A stretch of 64,000 nt of DNA from Anthoceros angustus (GCA_010909165.1 MU008164.1:1302001-1366000), one strand, 5' to 3'. Counted from the first letter of the stretch, positions 50,746-63,570 are shown. The notes: generated by a model from the sequence alone, not told the origin. Program-made: numbers and translations.

Positions 50746-51822
50746 TCATTGTAGGGAACTCTGTGAGGGTTGGAGATAGTCTTGGAGGGGAGACTTGCAC
50801 GAGCAATTCAGATTAAACAGAGGAATCAAGCTGGCTGCGGCTGCAGGCGCGGGTGCGGCTGCAGTGTTAGCTTGCCCGTTCGCACGCAAATAAACGCCGT
50901 GCAAGCTGTCCGGGGAAGGGACTACATCATTGGAACTTCCGATTACATTTGCTGGATTGGAAGCAGCACATCCATTGCTCAAGTGCAGTTCCCTTCTGCA
51001 TTTTATTGTTGCGCAACAGTTGGACTTCTGAAACAAGTGGTGGGTACCCCCGGAGAAGAACGAAATACTGCTCATGAACGAGCTTCAGGCACTTAAATGC
51101 AAAGTTTCCACCATTATTAATCCATCTACTTCCTGCAATTGAGTCGGAACTGGGTGACAGCCCCACAGAAGAACAACAATGAAACCCTCATGTTTGAGAC
51201 ATCAACGCAACAAGTAGATCGCAGAGTACTTCAGTAGAATCCTTATGATCTTCCGCACATATGCACGTCTGAGTCCCTTGTTCATGTAGCGGGTCCTAGT
51301 TCCGCATATATGTGAAGTCTTTTCACCCAGTATCCCTGTCACCACTGAATGGTACCCAGGAATGTTCCGCTTTGTCTACTGTCATTTGTGAAATATAGGC
51401 AGGACTCCAGCAGTTTAAGTGAGGGACATCCTGTCACAGCCTGGGCTGGTCAGAAAGATGTAACACACATCTCGTATGCAAAAAATCTAGAAATCATTCA
51501 ACCAGAGGAATTCTTATATGGACTTCCTTCTTGAAACCAAAAGCTAGAGCTACAGTTTGACAACTCGCTGGTTTCTTCCTCCCTAACGTCCAGCGCTATC
51601 ACCTGTTCATCGACACAAGGAGGATGTGAGACGTTTCTCCTGCCAATTGCACGCGAGCCTAAACACAGATGAGCAGAAATGGAGAAATGAGAAAGATAGT
51701 ATTAGAAACAGTTTGCTGCACCAACAGCCAATTGCTGGGAACGATACCTTCAGGATCGCTGATAGAAGGCATTACAGGCTGGTTACTTATGAAGGACCAT
51801 GGCCACACCGAACTCCCGCTGG

Positions 51823-54800
51823 CTAGGTGAGTGGACTATATGGTAAAGACCAGTATAGCCCTCTTGTGAGTGTGGAGTACAACTCGGGGCACTGGAATTC
51901 CTTCTGGGGGGGCATTCCTGCTTGGCCTTGGAGCTTGTTCTCCATCTCCGTGACCTTGCCAATCACGCTTGTTAGAATGCTCAGCACATCTGCTGTTTGA
52001 GAGCCCTCAACGATGGAGTCCATCAAAGCTGTGATAAAGTTTGTGCCTTTCTCGGTATCCCTGAAGGATTTATGTCCATGACTGGTCGAGAAAAAAATGA
52101 GACAATCGCTCACAGAATGGAGGAATCGGACTTCTCCGGCTCTCTTGCTCACATATTGGCTACTCTCAACTTCAGAGTCCACGGCTTTCTTGCTTGTGAT
52201 AAGACAGCCACCGCCCCGACAAGCATTGATCACAAACACTTTAGGCTTGTTTGCAAGAAACCTGGATTCAGAGATCGGCCTCAAGATATCATCAACAACA
52301 TATAGCTTCGCACCTGCTCCACTGATAACAATGTATTCCCTTCCATCGTCTTCGATTCCCCCATGAGCATTAATGCAACACAGAAAGCAGTCGTCGTTAG
52401 CTAGGAGGGGGAGCTTCGCAAGTTGTCTAAGACGTGCTTTGATCTCCTCAGGATCGTTCACCACAACTTCGGTATCAAACATCAAGCACTTGAGAAGAGC
52501 TTCAAGTCGTCCTCTGTCTACGGCTGCTCCAGCTCTGTCCTCTTCCATGCTCACTATCACTGCCAAACCTCTCCGTCTGCCTGCTTGCACGCTGTGGTTA
52601 GGATAATTCCCAGCGATATGTTGTACTTTCTGCACTTCCCTCACATCCGGGAATAATTGTGTGGGAGTTTCCCGAGACAAGCTGCTACTGGATTTCAATC
52701 CTGCAACAACAGGCGCAACCTAAGAGTTTGCAGGGAACAACGCATACTTATGTCATGCTATTGAGAAACTACATGTGCAAAACTAGGACACATGACTGAG
52801 AGCAGCGACGAACCTTGAAACTCTGCTTCGGCTTTGGCAAGGTCCTCTCTTTGCCCCAAGATGACATGACCGTCCACCACGGTTGCAAACTCTTTGTTGG
52901 CCTTCAAAATGGGTGCCCGGTTCTGCGAGCTGTGGAAGATAGCTCTCCAAGATTGTGTGTAGTGAGCGTGGCCTTTTTCTTTTGAAGCAGCCACCTCTTT
53001 AATAAGCTTATGTGTTTGAACACACTCCTGTTTCCTGTATCTACATAACGTGAGTGATGTCACACATTCATGTCGAAGGACACCTTCAACCAATGTAACT
53101 CCTCCACAACCTTGATATGAGATACAAAATGAGCGGATTTGAGATATAATATGTTCCTGCAGAAATTCTAAGGATTTTGCGTAGCCCTGGGTTGATCGAA
53201 CTAGTATATCTATGTAACAACCTATTTCTGGATTGAATTCCACAAATACGTCAAGAAATTGAATAGATAATAGTAGAACGTTGGGCTGCAAATGTATCCC
53301 AGAGTCCATTGGATTATCCTCATCAACCCAATCATTTTTCAAACAATATGCATAGAAAAAAACCTATCATCCGTATCAACAACAAAAATTATAAGTACAT
53401 AGTTGTATAAAATATTAAGGTTTCGACGAGTCAAAAAGAAAGAAAGGGAATGAGTTGAGAATAAAGTGCACACCTGCAAACGAGGGAAAAAGCCCGGCGT
53501 GAGAAATGTGCAATCCTGATCAAGACATTGCAAACGCAAACCCATGAAGATGTAATCATGGGAATCACCACCATGTGAAGGCCATTCCAGTTGTCTATCA
53601 ACACCTACTAGGTCGCCCTTTGCATAAGTGCATACTGGTATGAAATAACGCACATGATCTTCTTCATCCCTGCTTTTGTAACAGAGGTGCAACTCAAGCA
53701 ATAGTTGGATAAACTGTTCTACACTCACAATGGTCTCAACAACCCCAATCTTGTGTAAAGACATCTTAAGAAGTTTGCTCAACTCATATTCGCTCATAAA
53801 CCCATTTTGATCTTGAAGCCAATCTCGTTCATCGCCATCTGATACTCCAAATATACTAATTAGTTGCCCAAAAACTCCCATTCCTAACCATTGGAGGTTG
53901 ATGACCATAAGCCCCGACATTTCAAAATAAATGATCTCCCCTGAATCCCTGAGGTAGGATGCTACGACTTTCCAACTATCCTCCTTTACCACGAAATCCA
54001 TGAGAAACCTTTTGCAGTCCTCCGATATTAGTGGATGACTTAATGCCACTTGGCATGTGTCATGGAACAACTCACTAAACTTACTAATAGAAATGATTGG
54101 CATACCTTGCTGATCTTCAGCCCACCTTTGTACATGTATCCTTGTTTGCTCACAAATATTGGGAATGGGGGTCAACTTTCTAATAAGTTGCTGCAACTTT
54201 TGCTCTATAGTAGTGCGTACACCATGTACATCTTTCCAATTCCGCCCATTGATGAAAGTAGGTTCATCTCCTACCTCCACCAAATCCATAAACTTTTTCT
54301 TCACCACTAACATTTCATCACATATTGCAACAAAACGTCTACCCCCTTTCAACTTGTCAGCAAATGTCACCACCACATGCACGTAAGGTTTTACCTGCTG
54401 AACTAATTGTGAATTGGAAGCAATAAACTTAAGCCAGTAAATAAATTCTTCTCTGAAATGCTTTCTATCCTTCATCTCCATGTTTGAGCCTTTCGCACTA
54501 AACTGGAATGGATTATAAACAAATAAGAACATGGACGAATTATTGACACGAGGAAAAACAAAATCATGAAGAGAGTGATACTCTCTATGCCCTGCAAGAT
54601 CCCAAACTGCAATCCTCATGGTTGGAGCATCTTTTATCACCTTCACCTCAAAGCCACGTGTTCGAGGCATATCATCTGCAATAGTTTCGCTCTCTGATTC
54701 AACACAATGTTCATGTGTTTCCATCTCCATAAATGTATTCCTTATAGTAGTCTTCCCTGAAACAACGTCATTTCATATTAATCTTACTATTTACAAAGAC

Positions 54801-57800
54801 AAGTATAACAATAAGCGACAAAACGTCCGTTGAATCTTGTCAGCCACTTTGTGTTCGCCAACATGTACATGAGAATCCGGATCATTTATGAACACGCATG
54901 AAAATCCAGAGACAAGAGAATAAAAACACAGGATGACACTTACCTGCATATGGAAATCCACAGAGTACCAGGCGGCATGATTTCACAGGCATTGTGGGAA
55001 CCCCAGCGAGAGCTCTTCGATATTCCCTGTTTTGCCGTAGTATTTCATCGACTGCAGCACCTCTTCCCTGTCTTTTCCACACAGTATTCTCAAAAGATAC
55101 ACTCTCCAAGTTGGTGTTCACCTGCAGGGCCTGCATGAGCTCTTGGAACATACCATCGTCCAACCCTTCCCAGCCATCCAAGACCAACCTTTTGAGGTAT
55201 CGACTGGTCTGCAACGACTTGAAAAACGTAATCGAGAGGTTGGATGATCCCAAACTCTCCTGAACTAGGTGTAGACTTTCCACTGTCTTGCACCTCTGCA
55301 GGATCGGCATCAACTTCCAGTAATCGTCGCTAACACTAGAGCTACCATGTCGGACTGTGAGACGATTAATGCTGCTGTTGTCGCACAACCCCTCCAATCC
55401 CTGGCTTATGAAGCAGCTAGATAGATCGAGATGCCTTAAAGTGGTGTTAAAGCGAAGCAAGCGAGCCACAGCTTCTCCCAACGCAGCGGTGACAGGCTGC
55501 TGTCCTGCTCCCCATACTTCTAGCTGGAGGTGCGTGACAGACTTGTTGACAGCAAAGGGCCTGGGAGCAACACTGGGAAGCTTCTCCTCTCCGTCCCGCA
55601 TACCAGGGGTGAATGCTCGGGCTAACAGCGTGGCCGTCATCCCGGCCTGCTCTGGGCTCCACACTCCAAATCCTATTCTCAGCGAGTCAAGTGTGGTGTT
55701 TTGCGCCAGAGCATTCCCTATCATCACTGCTCCCACCTCATCCAGCCGTATGTCCCAAATCCCAAGGTTGAGAAGTGCGGAAGTGCTAGTCAAGATTTCA
55801 GCCAGGTGTGCTGCTCCAGCACCTTCTCCTATACCCCTGTTTCCCGAAAGAGAAAATCCACGGAGCACCGTGCTGCGATTATGTCGCAGGGCTGCAGCTA
55901 TGCGACCCAGTCCATCGGCAGTCATGCCAGTGTATCCCATGTTCAGACATTGCAAGGTGCGGCTAGATTGTAAGGTAGCGGCGAGTGCGGTGCAGACTGG
56001 AGCCGCTCCAAAACCACAGTAGCCATGGAGATTCAAGTGTTCCAGTACTGCATTCGAGCTTAGGCCTTCCAAGAGTGCCGTCGCCTCTGCCACCGTCACC
56101 CTGTAAATTCGACGGCAACGAGGGTTGAGAACTATTGTTCTCAGCGTGGGGCACTTACCGATAGCTGTCATAAGGCGCAAGCGCAGGTCCCGTTCCGCCT
56201 TTGCATATTCAATATCCTCCTTGAACAAGTGCCCCAAGGCTTCCACATGAGGAAGACGAGTGAGTGTAGGCGAAGGTGAGTCCAGCTCGGTAAGCAGGGC
56301 AAGCAGGTCCGGATCCTGAGAGAGAGGAACTGGAATGGTGACATTTCCATTCGGATGTTGAGAAACAGGAGCTGGCATGGTGACAAGGAACACAGCCAAC
56401 CCGTCAATTCCCACACTGCCAGCAACAGCTAGCAGACATGCATTCAAGCATGTAGTTGCAACAACAACAGCTTGGAAGCTGGGACAAACGCAAGTATTGT
56501 GAGTAGTTTCATACCTGAGGCGCCTGAAGCCGTTGCAATGGTGGCCATCGGCGGTCGTGGCACGTCTTCAGAACCTGCGGAAGTGATCTCCCTGTGAGGT
56601 GAAAGTTTGTGGGTTCCTACAGATGCAAATCAGGACAACGATAGGTAGCTAGCTTGGGGCACCTACCCTGCCGTCCAGCGCTCCTTGTGCGTATGCTTCT
56701 TGTGAGAGCATTCTGGATATGTTTCCCCTTGCCTTCACTTTCCCAGGATGTCCCCTTGATAGAAATGTTCTCGAGGACGTTATGTCGCAGAGAGCGCATC
56801 AAGTCGTAGAACATGTAGTCATCCAACCCATCCCAGGCATCCAACACAAGCGTCCTGATGCTGCGGTTGTTGTGCAATCCTTGGAAAAACGCTTTGGTGA
56901 ACCTGGATGGACCAAAGGGCTTCATAAACTGAAACTTCAGCTCCTGAACAGACTTGCACTCCTCCAGGATGGTGATGAGGGTCGGATCCATGTCACCATC
57001 GTCCGCATGCCGCGTATGTATGACTCTGAGTTTGGTGATGCTGCTGCTTTCACGCAGCGCTCCCAATCCGCGTGTCACGAAGAAGCTGGCAAGTCCGAGC
57101 TCCCGGAGAGCACGGTTGGAGCGGATCACGCGAGCTAGGGCTTCTCCTAGCCCCGGCTCCACCGCCTCCTGGCCTCCCGGACACTCAAGAAACAGCATTG
57201 TGATGGAATGATTGGAAGCCCCGGCCCGAGGAGTCTCCCGATCTGCCGTGTGCCACACCAAAGCTTCGAGCAGTGGAATGATGAACATGGGCGCTGGCTG
57301 CTTTGGATTCCATGGGGCAGGATCTCCGATTCCAAGGCTGGTGAGTGTGGTGGTGTGCGCCAGGGCCTCTGCGATCACCACGGCTCCTTCCTCGTCCATG
57401 CCTATATCGCCAATCCAGAGAGCGCGGAGCGTGGGCGAGTTGGCGAGAATGTCGGCCAAGTGTTGCGCCCCGACAGCATTCCCGATGTGGTTCCCACAGA
57501 GAGCCAATCTGGATAGGACTGAGGTGCCATTGCGTCGAAGGCCTGCAGCGATGTAACCCAGTCCTTGTGCACTCAATCCCACATACTGCAGATTGAGGTA
57601 GTCCAATGAGCGATAAGATCTCTGGATGACGGCGGTGAGTGCCTGCACGCAGGCTGCTGTTGTCCCAAAGCCCACGAAGCTTGACAAGATCAGCTCCTGC
57701 AGCACAAGGTTGTGTTGCAAGCCTGAAAAGAGCGCCAGCGCCTCTACCTGCCTCACGCTGTAACCCAGTCTCCGCAGGGGATTCAGGTCAATCTCCCTGA

Positions 57801-59376
57801 GCGTGCGGCATTTGCCGAAGGCTGTGAGCAGGCGCAGGCGCACATCCCACTGCCACTCGCCACGGTGTTGACACTCCCCGTCTTGGCAATTGCAATCGAA
57901 GTAGCTCCCCCACAAATCCACAGAAGGGAGTTGCTGCAGCGCTGGCGAGTCGGACTCCAGGTCCGCAAGCAGCGCAAGCAGTTCCGGCTTCACTCTTGTA
58001 TCCCTCAACCTCTTGGCCAAAAGTTCGCCTTTGCCATGCTTTTCCCACGAGGTGCCCTTAATGGAGATGTGCTCCAGCTTGGTGTTGGTGGACAGAGATT
58101 GGATCAGCTCTTGAAACATGTGGTCGTCCAGCCCATCCCAGCTATTCAACACCAGCTTCTTGATGCAAGGCTTGTTGTGCTTCAACCCCTGGAACAACTC
58201 CTCGGTGAAGTTGCTACGCCCGTAGGGTTTCAAAAACCCGAACTGCAGCATTCGAAGCTTCACGCACTTGTGCAAGATAGGCATCAGCACAGGATCCAGC
58301 TCCTCCTCATCCAGGGAATGGCCGTGCTCCAGTACAAGGTGCGTGATGCTGCTGTTGTAAGCCAGTGCGGACAAGCCGCGCGTCACAAAATAGCTGCTTA
58401 CGTACAGGAGCTTCAAGGTGGTGTTGGAGTGCAGCATTCCAGCCACCGCTTCTTCGAGCCTACCCTCCACAGGGCTGCCATCCTCACCTCCCGGCAACCC
58501 GGATACTTCAAGCCATAACTGGGTGATGGATTGGTTAAGGGCAGCAGTAGCACATGTGAGACTGTGAGACTGCAACTCCGACCAGCTCGAGGAGGGCACA
58601 CCGCTACGGGGGCTCAAGGCACGCAAGATAGGAATCAACATAGCTGCCTGCTCAGGATTCTTGTGCCGGTCATATCCGATATCAAGCCTGTCGAGCGTGG
58701 TGGTGAGCGCCACAGCCTCTGCAATCAGCCCGGCGCCCTCATGGTCCATGCCTATCCCAAACAGTCCCAAGGTTCGCAGAGCAGGCGAGTGGGTGAGGAT
58801 GGCGGCAACGTGCCGCGCCCCGGCAGCGTTCCCTATCATATCGTTGTCGTCAAGATACAACTTGCTGAGTAGTGAGCCGCTGCTCTTGTCTCGCAAGGCT
58901 GCGGAGATATGAGCCAAGCCTTCCACACTCAGCCCAATTGCCCGCATATCCAGATACTCCAACCTGCAACCGGGTCGCAGGACGGCAGCAGCGAGTGCAA
59001 TGCACGCTTCCGTCGTCCCGAATCCTCCGAACCCGTACAAGCTCAGGTTTTCCAGCGCTGGATTGTGCTGCAACCCCTTCAGCAGCGCTGTTGCCTCCAC
59101 GTCGCTCACGCTGTACTTCCCACGCTTCCTCAAGGGATTCAGATCGATGGTTCTCAGGCTTCTGCAGTTGCCGATCGCGCTCATGATGCGCAAGCGCAGA
59201 TGGCGCCTCGATTTCCCCAAAGCTTCATGTTCGCCGGCGTTCAAGAAGTAGGAGCCCCAGGAAGCCGCAGCATCCGGAGGAGGAAGCGCAGTGACGCTCG
59301 GCGACTGGGACTCGAGGCTCTCCAGCAGGGCAACCAAAGCGGCAGGAAGAGGAGGAGGAAGAGGCTGCTCCGCCAT
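51823..59376 (-). CDS. 3x LRR(RI-like) - Roc GTPase - COR - caspase fusion protein (TORNADO1-like Roco-caspase), predicted 2302 aa
   Basis: Exons 59376-56667, 56574-56515, 56371-54944, 54756-53474, 53363-52814, 52700-51823 (6909 nt, in frame). All five introns GT-AG, 92-187 bp. Roc GFPYAG|KTT, RTRGFEV, WDLAGHREY, VTFADK; COR FLTPGFFPRLQV; caspase AHG and NACRG. A shorter 1381-aa model from ATG 56378 is also possible. Confidence 0.8.
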
Positions 59377-59639
59377 AGCTGCCAACTCGGCAACAACGTC
59401 GTCCGAGCTCCTCCCGACTGCTGCCAAAGCCCGTTGAAGGACTTGAAATTCAAGGCAAGCTAAGCACAGCTCAACACAGCGGAGTGCACACACAGCAGAG
59501 GCTTCTGTGGAAACCCACTTTTTCTGAACAACTTGGCCCCGACATCTCTGGGAAGAAGTGGCGTTTTTCAAAAAAAAAAATGTCTTGCACTCCCAAAGAC
59601 CCTAAAAGCATGAGGCATATTTTGACGAGCACGCAGTAG

Positions 59640-60450
59640 TCTTTGAACTGCACTAATATTATCATGTGTCAAGATAGGTATGCTTATGACCCAAGAGGGA
59701 GATGCCTAAGCTTATTTAATTACATTAGTGAGTACTTGAGAAAGCTGGACATTGATATGAAAAAGTGCTTTGGATTTGGATTAGATGGTGCGGTACTGAT
59801 GTTTGGGCGCAAAAGAGGAGTAGCAAGGTGGATAAGAGTGGTTAATCCTTCCTACTTCTATACACTGTCTTGCTAATAGACATGCTTTGTGTGTGTCACA
59901 TGCTGCAATAAGATTCAGACTCTTCTCAAAAGAGATTGATCAAGTTATTATTAATATAAATACATACATGAAAGCTCTCTTGAAAGATTATGGGTATTGG
60001 CTAGTTTGCAAAATGATATTAAGGGGTATGACTACGGAACATCATCCATACTCGATGGCTTAGCACGACAAAGGCTGTAACAAACTTATGCGATAATTAT
60101 GAGCCAATTGCTTATTTTTTAGAGACAGGACCAGGAGCAACGTTCATTATATGATTGCTTCCGGAGTTTTAAGTTTGTGTATTGCCTATTTTTTCGTAGG
60201 GGATTTGCTTGACAAGTTGAGTAATATGAGCAAGTACTTCCAAACAACCAATCTTGACCTTACAATAATTAAATCTCTCGTTGAGGTAGAAGAGGAATAA
60301 ATAGAAAATTTGTACATATCCGATCCTCTTATGGACTTGGAAGGTGCGCAAGTTGATTCAATGGATTACCCTATGCTCTCAGAATATGGCCCTTTATTTT
60401 TGAAGGAAAAATCTTATGTTTATCAACTTCGGAATGCGGTGAAAGACAAT
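59640..60450 (+). mobile_element. degenerate hAT-superfamily transposase remnant
   Basis: LFNYISEYLRKLDIDMKKCFGFGLDGAVLMFGRKRGVA (DGAxxMxG), IHC..NRHAL-like, TRWLSTTKAV motifs with frameshifts. Confidence 0.7.
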
Positions 60451-60556
60451 ACACTCAAGGAGTGTATTTACTACTCTAGGTTCACCTGGAATATCTGGAA
60501 CCACACCTACGTTGATGATCTGGCTTCTCCTGTTAACTTCCTTTTGAGTACCTTCG

Positions 60557-61491
60557 TCGCCTTGTACTGTTTTCTCCTTGGCCCAATCAGCACATCATGA
60601 ATCCTCCGCTGCCAGACTTCTTTTGTTCATAGTCTGAACATCCTTCTCTTTATCATCTGTATGAATGCACGCACCGTTGCTGATTGAGTGAATGTTTGTA
60701 CATTCACAATCTGTCCAGATATCTGCACTTTCCTCATTGGCCCTAATATCCTTGTCCCCAGAAACCGTTCGGATACCTCTCCGTATGGTACTGGTTGAAC
60801 GATGTTCAATTGCAACAATTGGAAATTTTGTAGCCTCTACTGGTACTGACACTTCGTCATGGCCAACCACCTGAACTCCTGTATCTTTGTTGACGGTAGC
60901 TACTCATGCATTTTCACTGGTCTCAAAAACATTTGCATGTGGGTCACCATCAATAGCTTGAACGCCAGATTCATGAGTGCCTTTGCGAATATTTTTAACA
61001 CCACCAATTTGAACATCGCCAACCACTTGAGCATTGCTACAGGCGTTCTCACTAATCCTTTGAATGCTGACGAAGCCTGTCACTTGAGTGCCATTGTAGA
61101 TGGTCTCTCCTGTAGCCAAACTGTTTGTATTCTTGTGCACCTCCTGTTTGTTTCCGAGGGCACAAGATGAACCCTCTTCCACTATATTGTTAGCATATAA
61201 AGACCGCACGTCTATATCAATGTCTTCCTTCACATCAGAGTAAGAGTTGACAAGTTTATTTGCTAGTAAATCCTTGTCTTCATCTCCAGACAGTGTCACC
61301 AAATTAGGTTTTTCTCCTTCTTCCCTTACTCTCGCCGAAATTTCCTCGTTTTCAACGTAAGAGACGCTTACTTGTTCCGCGTCTTCGAAAGGTGGCAAAA
61401 GTCTACAGAGGTGGCATGATAAAGAGTGGCATGAGAAAAGACCTTGTCCCCTATTAACCATCCCATTGAAGTTAGATTGTTGTAGACACAT
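60557..61491 (-). pseudogene. unidentified acidic/low-complexity ORF fragments (possibly TE-derived)
   Basis: 195-aa and 91-aa ORFs with protein-like composition, separated by a stop or frameshift; no recognised domain. Confidence 0.3.
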
Positions 61492-62170
61492 ATGCTAACA
61501 AAGAAGTGCAAGAGCTATGCGATTTCTACAGGACTCCGAAAAGAGCAAGCAATATTACAATTCCAGCTATTACAAATGCCGAAGACACAAGCATTGAGTT
61601 TTTTGGGTTTAAGACCATGGCTAGGAAGGAAGGGCCTAGGACAAACCATGCAAACTGCTTGGAGCACAATTTTCACAAAATATATGTTTATGCTTTTGTG
61701 GCCAAACTTAGTTGAAATAGCATTAGTTCAATGCACCAACACGGCTCGTTCCGAAAGTAGGAGTAGTGGATATATTTGTTCTTAATCACAAGAGAGAATT
61801 GAGTGCCCTTCTTTTTTTTTTAAATGGCTCTAGGCCTCTGGTTTTTACAAAAAGAGTCTCATTGATACTTTATTGATATTAAAAAATGTCTTGAGATTTA
61901 TTTTTTCAGGAAAAAAGAGTTTCCAGCCTCCACCCTAGAATTTATTTACCGAGTGCTGTAACGGAGATGAGAGCTGAGGGCTACTATATTTGATGTCATG
62001 TAAAGAGACACCACTGATCCATATAAAGATTCGCACATTAATGTACTATGTGACTTGTGACAAGTTGCACGAAAAAGTAGACTTGTAGCTTGCAGAGCAC
62101 GCCAGTGAAGCAAGTAGTGCACGCCAGCCAGCGAAGCAAGAGTGAAGCAAGTAGTGCACGCCTGCAACGC

Positions 62171-62340
62171 ACATTGCTCTTCCAAGTCTATTTATAATCA
62201 GCCTAAAGTAGAGATGGCATTCCATATACATTGCTCTACCAAGTCTATTTATAATCAGCCTAAAGTAGAGATGGCATTCCATATACATTGCTCTACCAAG
62301 TCTATTTATAATCAGCCTAGAGTAGAGTGGACGGCATCCC
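62171..62340. repeat. 57-bp tandem repeat x3
   Basis: acattgctct(a/t)ccaagtctatttataatcagcct at 62171, 62228, 62285. Confidence 0.9.
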
Positions 62341-62539
62341 ATATTATCTTTTTCACTACGCACAAGTGCCAACAGACACATGGCCGAACCAACCTTCTGA
62401 GTGGCCTTCATGAGCAGTACACTATATGTAGAGTATATTTTACTCTTGTGGGCTACAGCCTTCCATGAAAGGATGCATCTAGCAAGGTTATTGTGGAACT
62501 GATATTTCCAGCCGAGTTGTTATCCACCCACAATCCGTA

Positions 62540-63570
62540 CAATGTGAGCTGGGTTGAGAACTTTTGAGGCAGGTTCTTGCCAAGTCAGTGGAAGCATCGC
62601 TCGTTCATCTCACCAACACTACCGTCGGCATGCAGACTGCAGTACAGGCTAGATAGGATTCCTTTGCCGTGTGATGCCGTCAAGGTAACGCTGTCCTTGG
62701 ACCCAGTCATGACAAGCTGCAGTCAGCTTTCCACAAAGTACCGGTCGATGATGTCCCAAGAGTTGCACGTACGCTGGGGATGTGCCACACAACAGCTGAG
62801 ACCTTGTGTTCCGTTTGTGACGGAAGCTTTTCCGGACAGGAGGCAGAGGGATAGCAATCCTTGGTTGCTGGAGTCTCGTAGAAAATGGATTAGCTAGACT
62901 ACCTCTGTGTGTAGCCTGGCACGGGCATCACAGCTTGTACGCTGGTGATGCTAATATGCAGGGTTCATTACTTCTGAGGGGAGACAGGTAGCCTCATGAC
63001 GGACCTTCGGACAGAGATGAGGATACCGAGCCATTTATAACCAGTCTACAGTAGACATGGGCATATGTATCATTCCTAGAGAACTGTCACAAGGCAGATG
63101 CTTGTGAGTGGCTTTCAGGACCGGTACACTGTATCTCTTGTGGACCACGGCCCTCCCATGAGAGGATGAATGCTGGCAATACCAAGGTGTGGTCAGAGTT
63201 TCATAGTTTCGAGGCGAGTCATCCACCCTCAAGCCGTACAACGTGAGCTGTGTTGACAACTTGAGGCACGTTTTTGCCAAGTCAGTCAAGCACCGCTATT
63301 TCATCTCACCAACACTGCAGTGCAACCCAGATAGATTCCTCTGCAATGTGATGCTGCCAAGGTTGACGCTGTCCTTGAACGCTGCCAGGCAGCTTCCCAG
63401 AGAGTCATGCAACCCATTGATTTCCTACCAGCTGCACTTAGTGCTTTGCCACAACGCTGCGACCTTGTGTTCCGTTTGTGATGGAAGAGGAGGCAGAGGA
63501 ACAAGAATGCTTGGTTGCTCAAGTCTCTTAGAAAATGGATCTATGTACATATAGCCCTGGCACGGGCATC
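62540..63570. repeat. diverged direct duplication (62540-62930 ~ 63235-63570)
   Basis: Shared gtacaa..gtgagctg..ttgccaagtcagt..tcatctcaccaacact..gaccttgtgttccgtttgtga..gaaaatggat..tggcacgggcatc. Confidence 0.75.

Noticed and set aside
51823-52700. Caspase exon as animal contamination or as a metacaspase
   Set aside because: It is contiguous with, and splices in frame to, a plant TRN1-type COR exon, and it lacks the metacaspase DxCHSG motif. Read-level confirmation is still needed.
59377-59571. N-terminal extension of the 984-aa ORF
   Set aside because: Begins at a non-ATG codon next to a poly-A/T run; ATG 59376 (MAEQPLPPP) just precedes the first LRR module.
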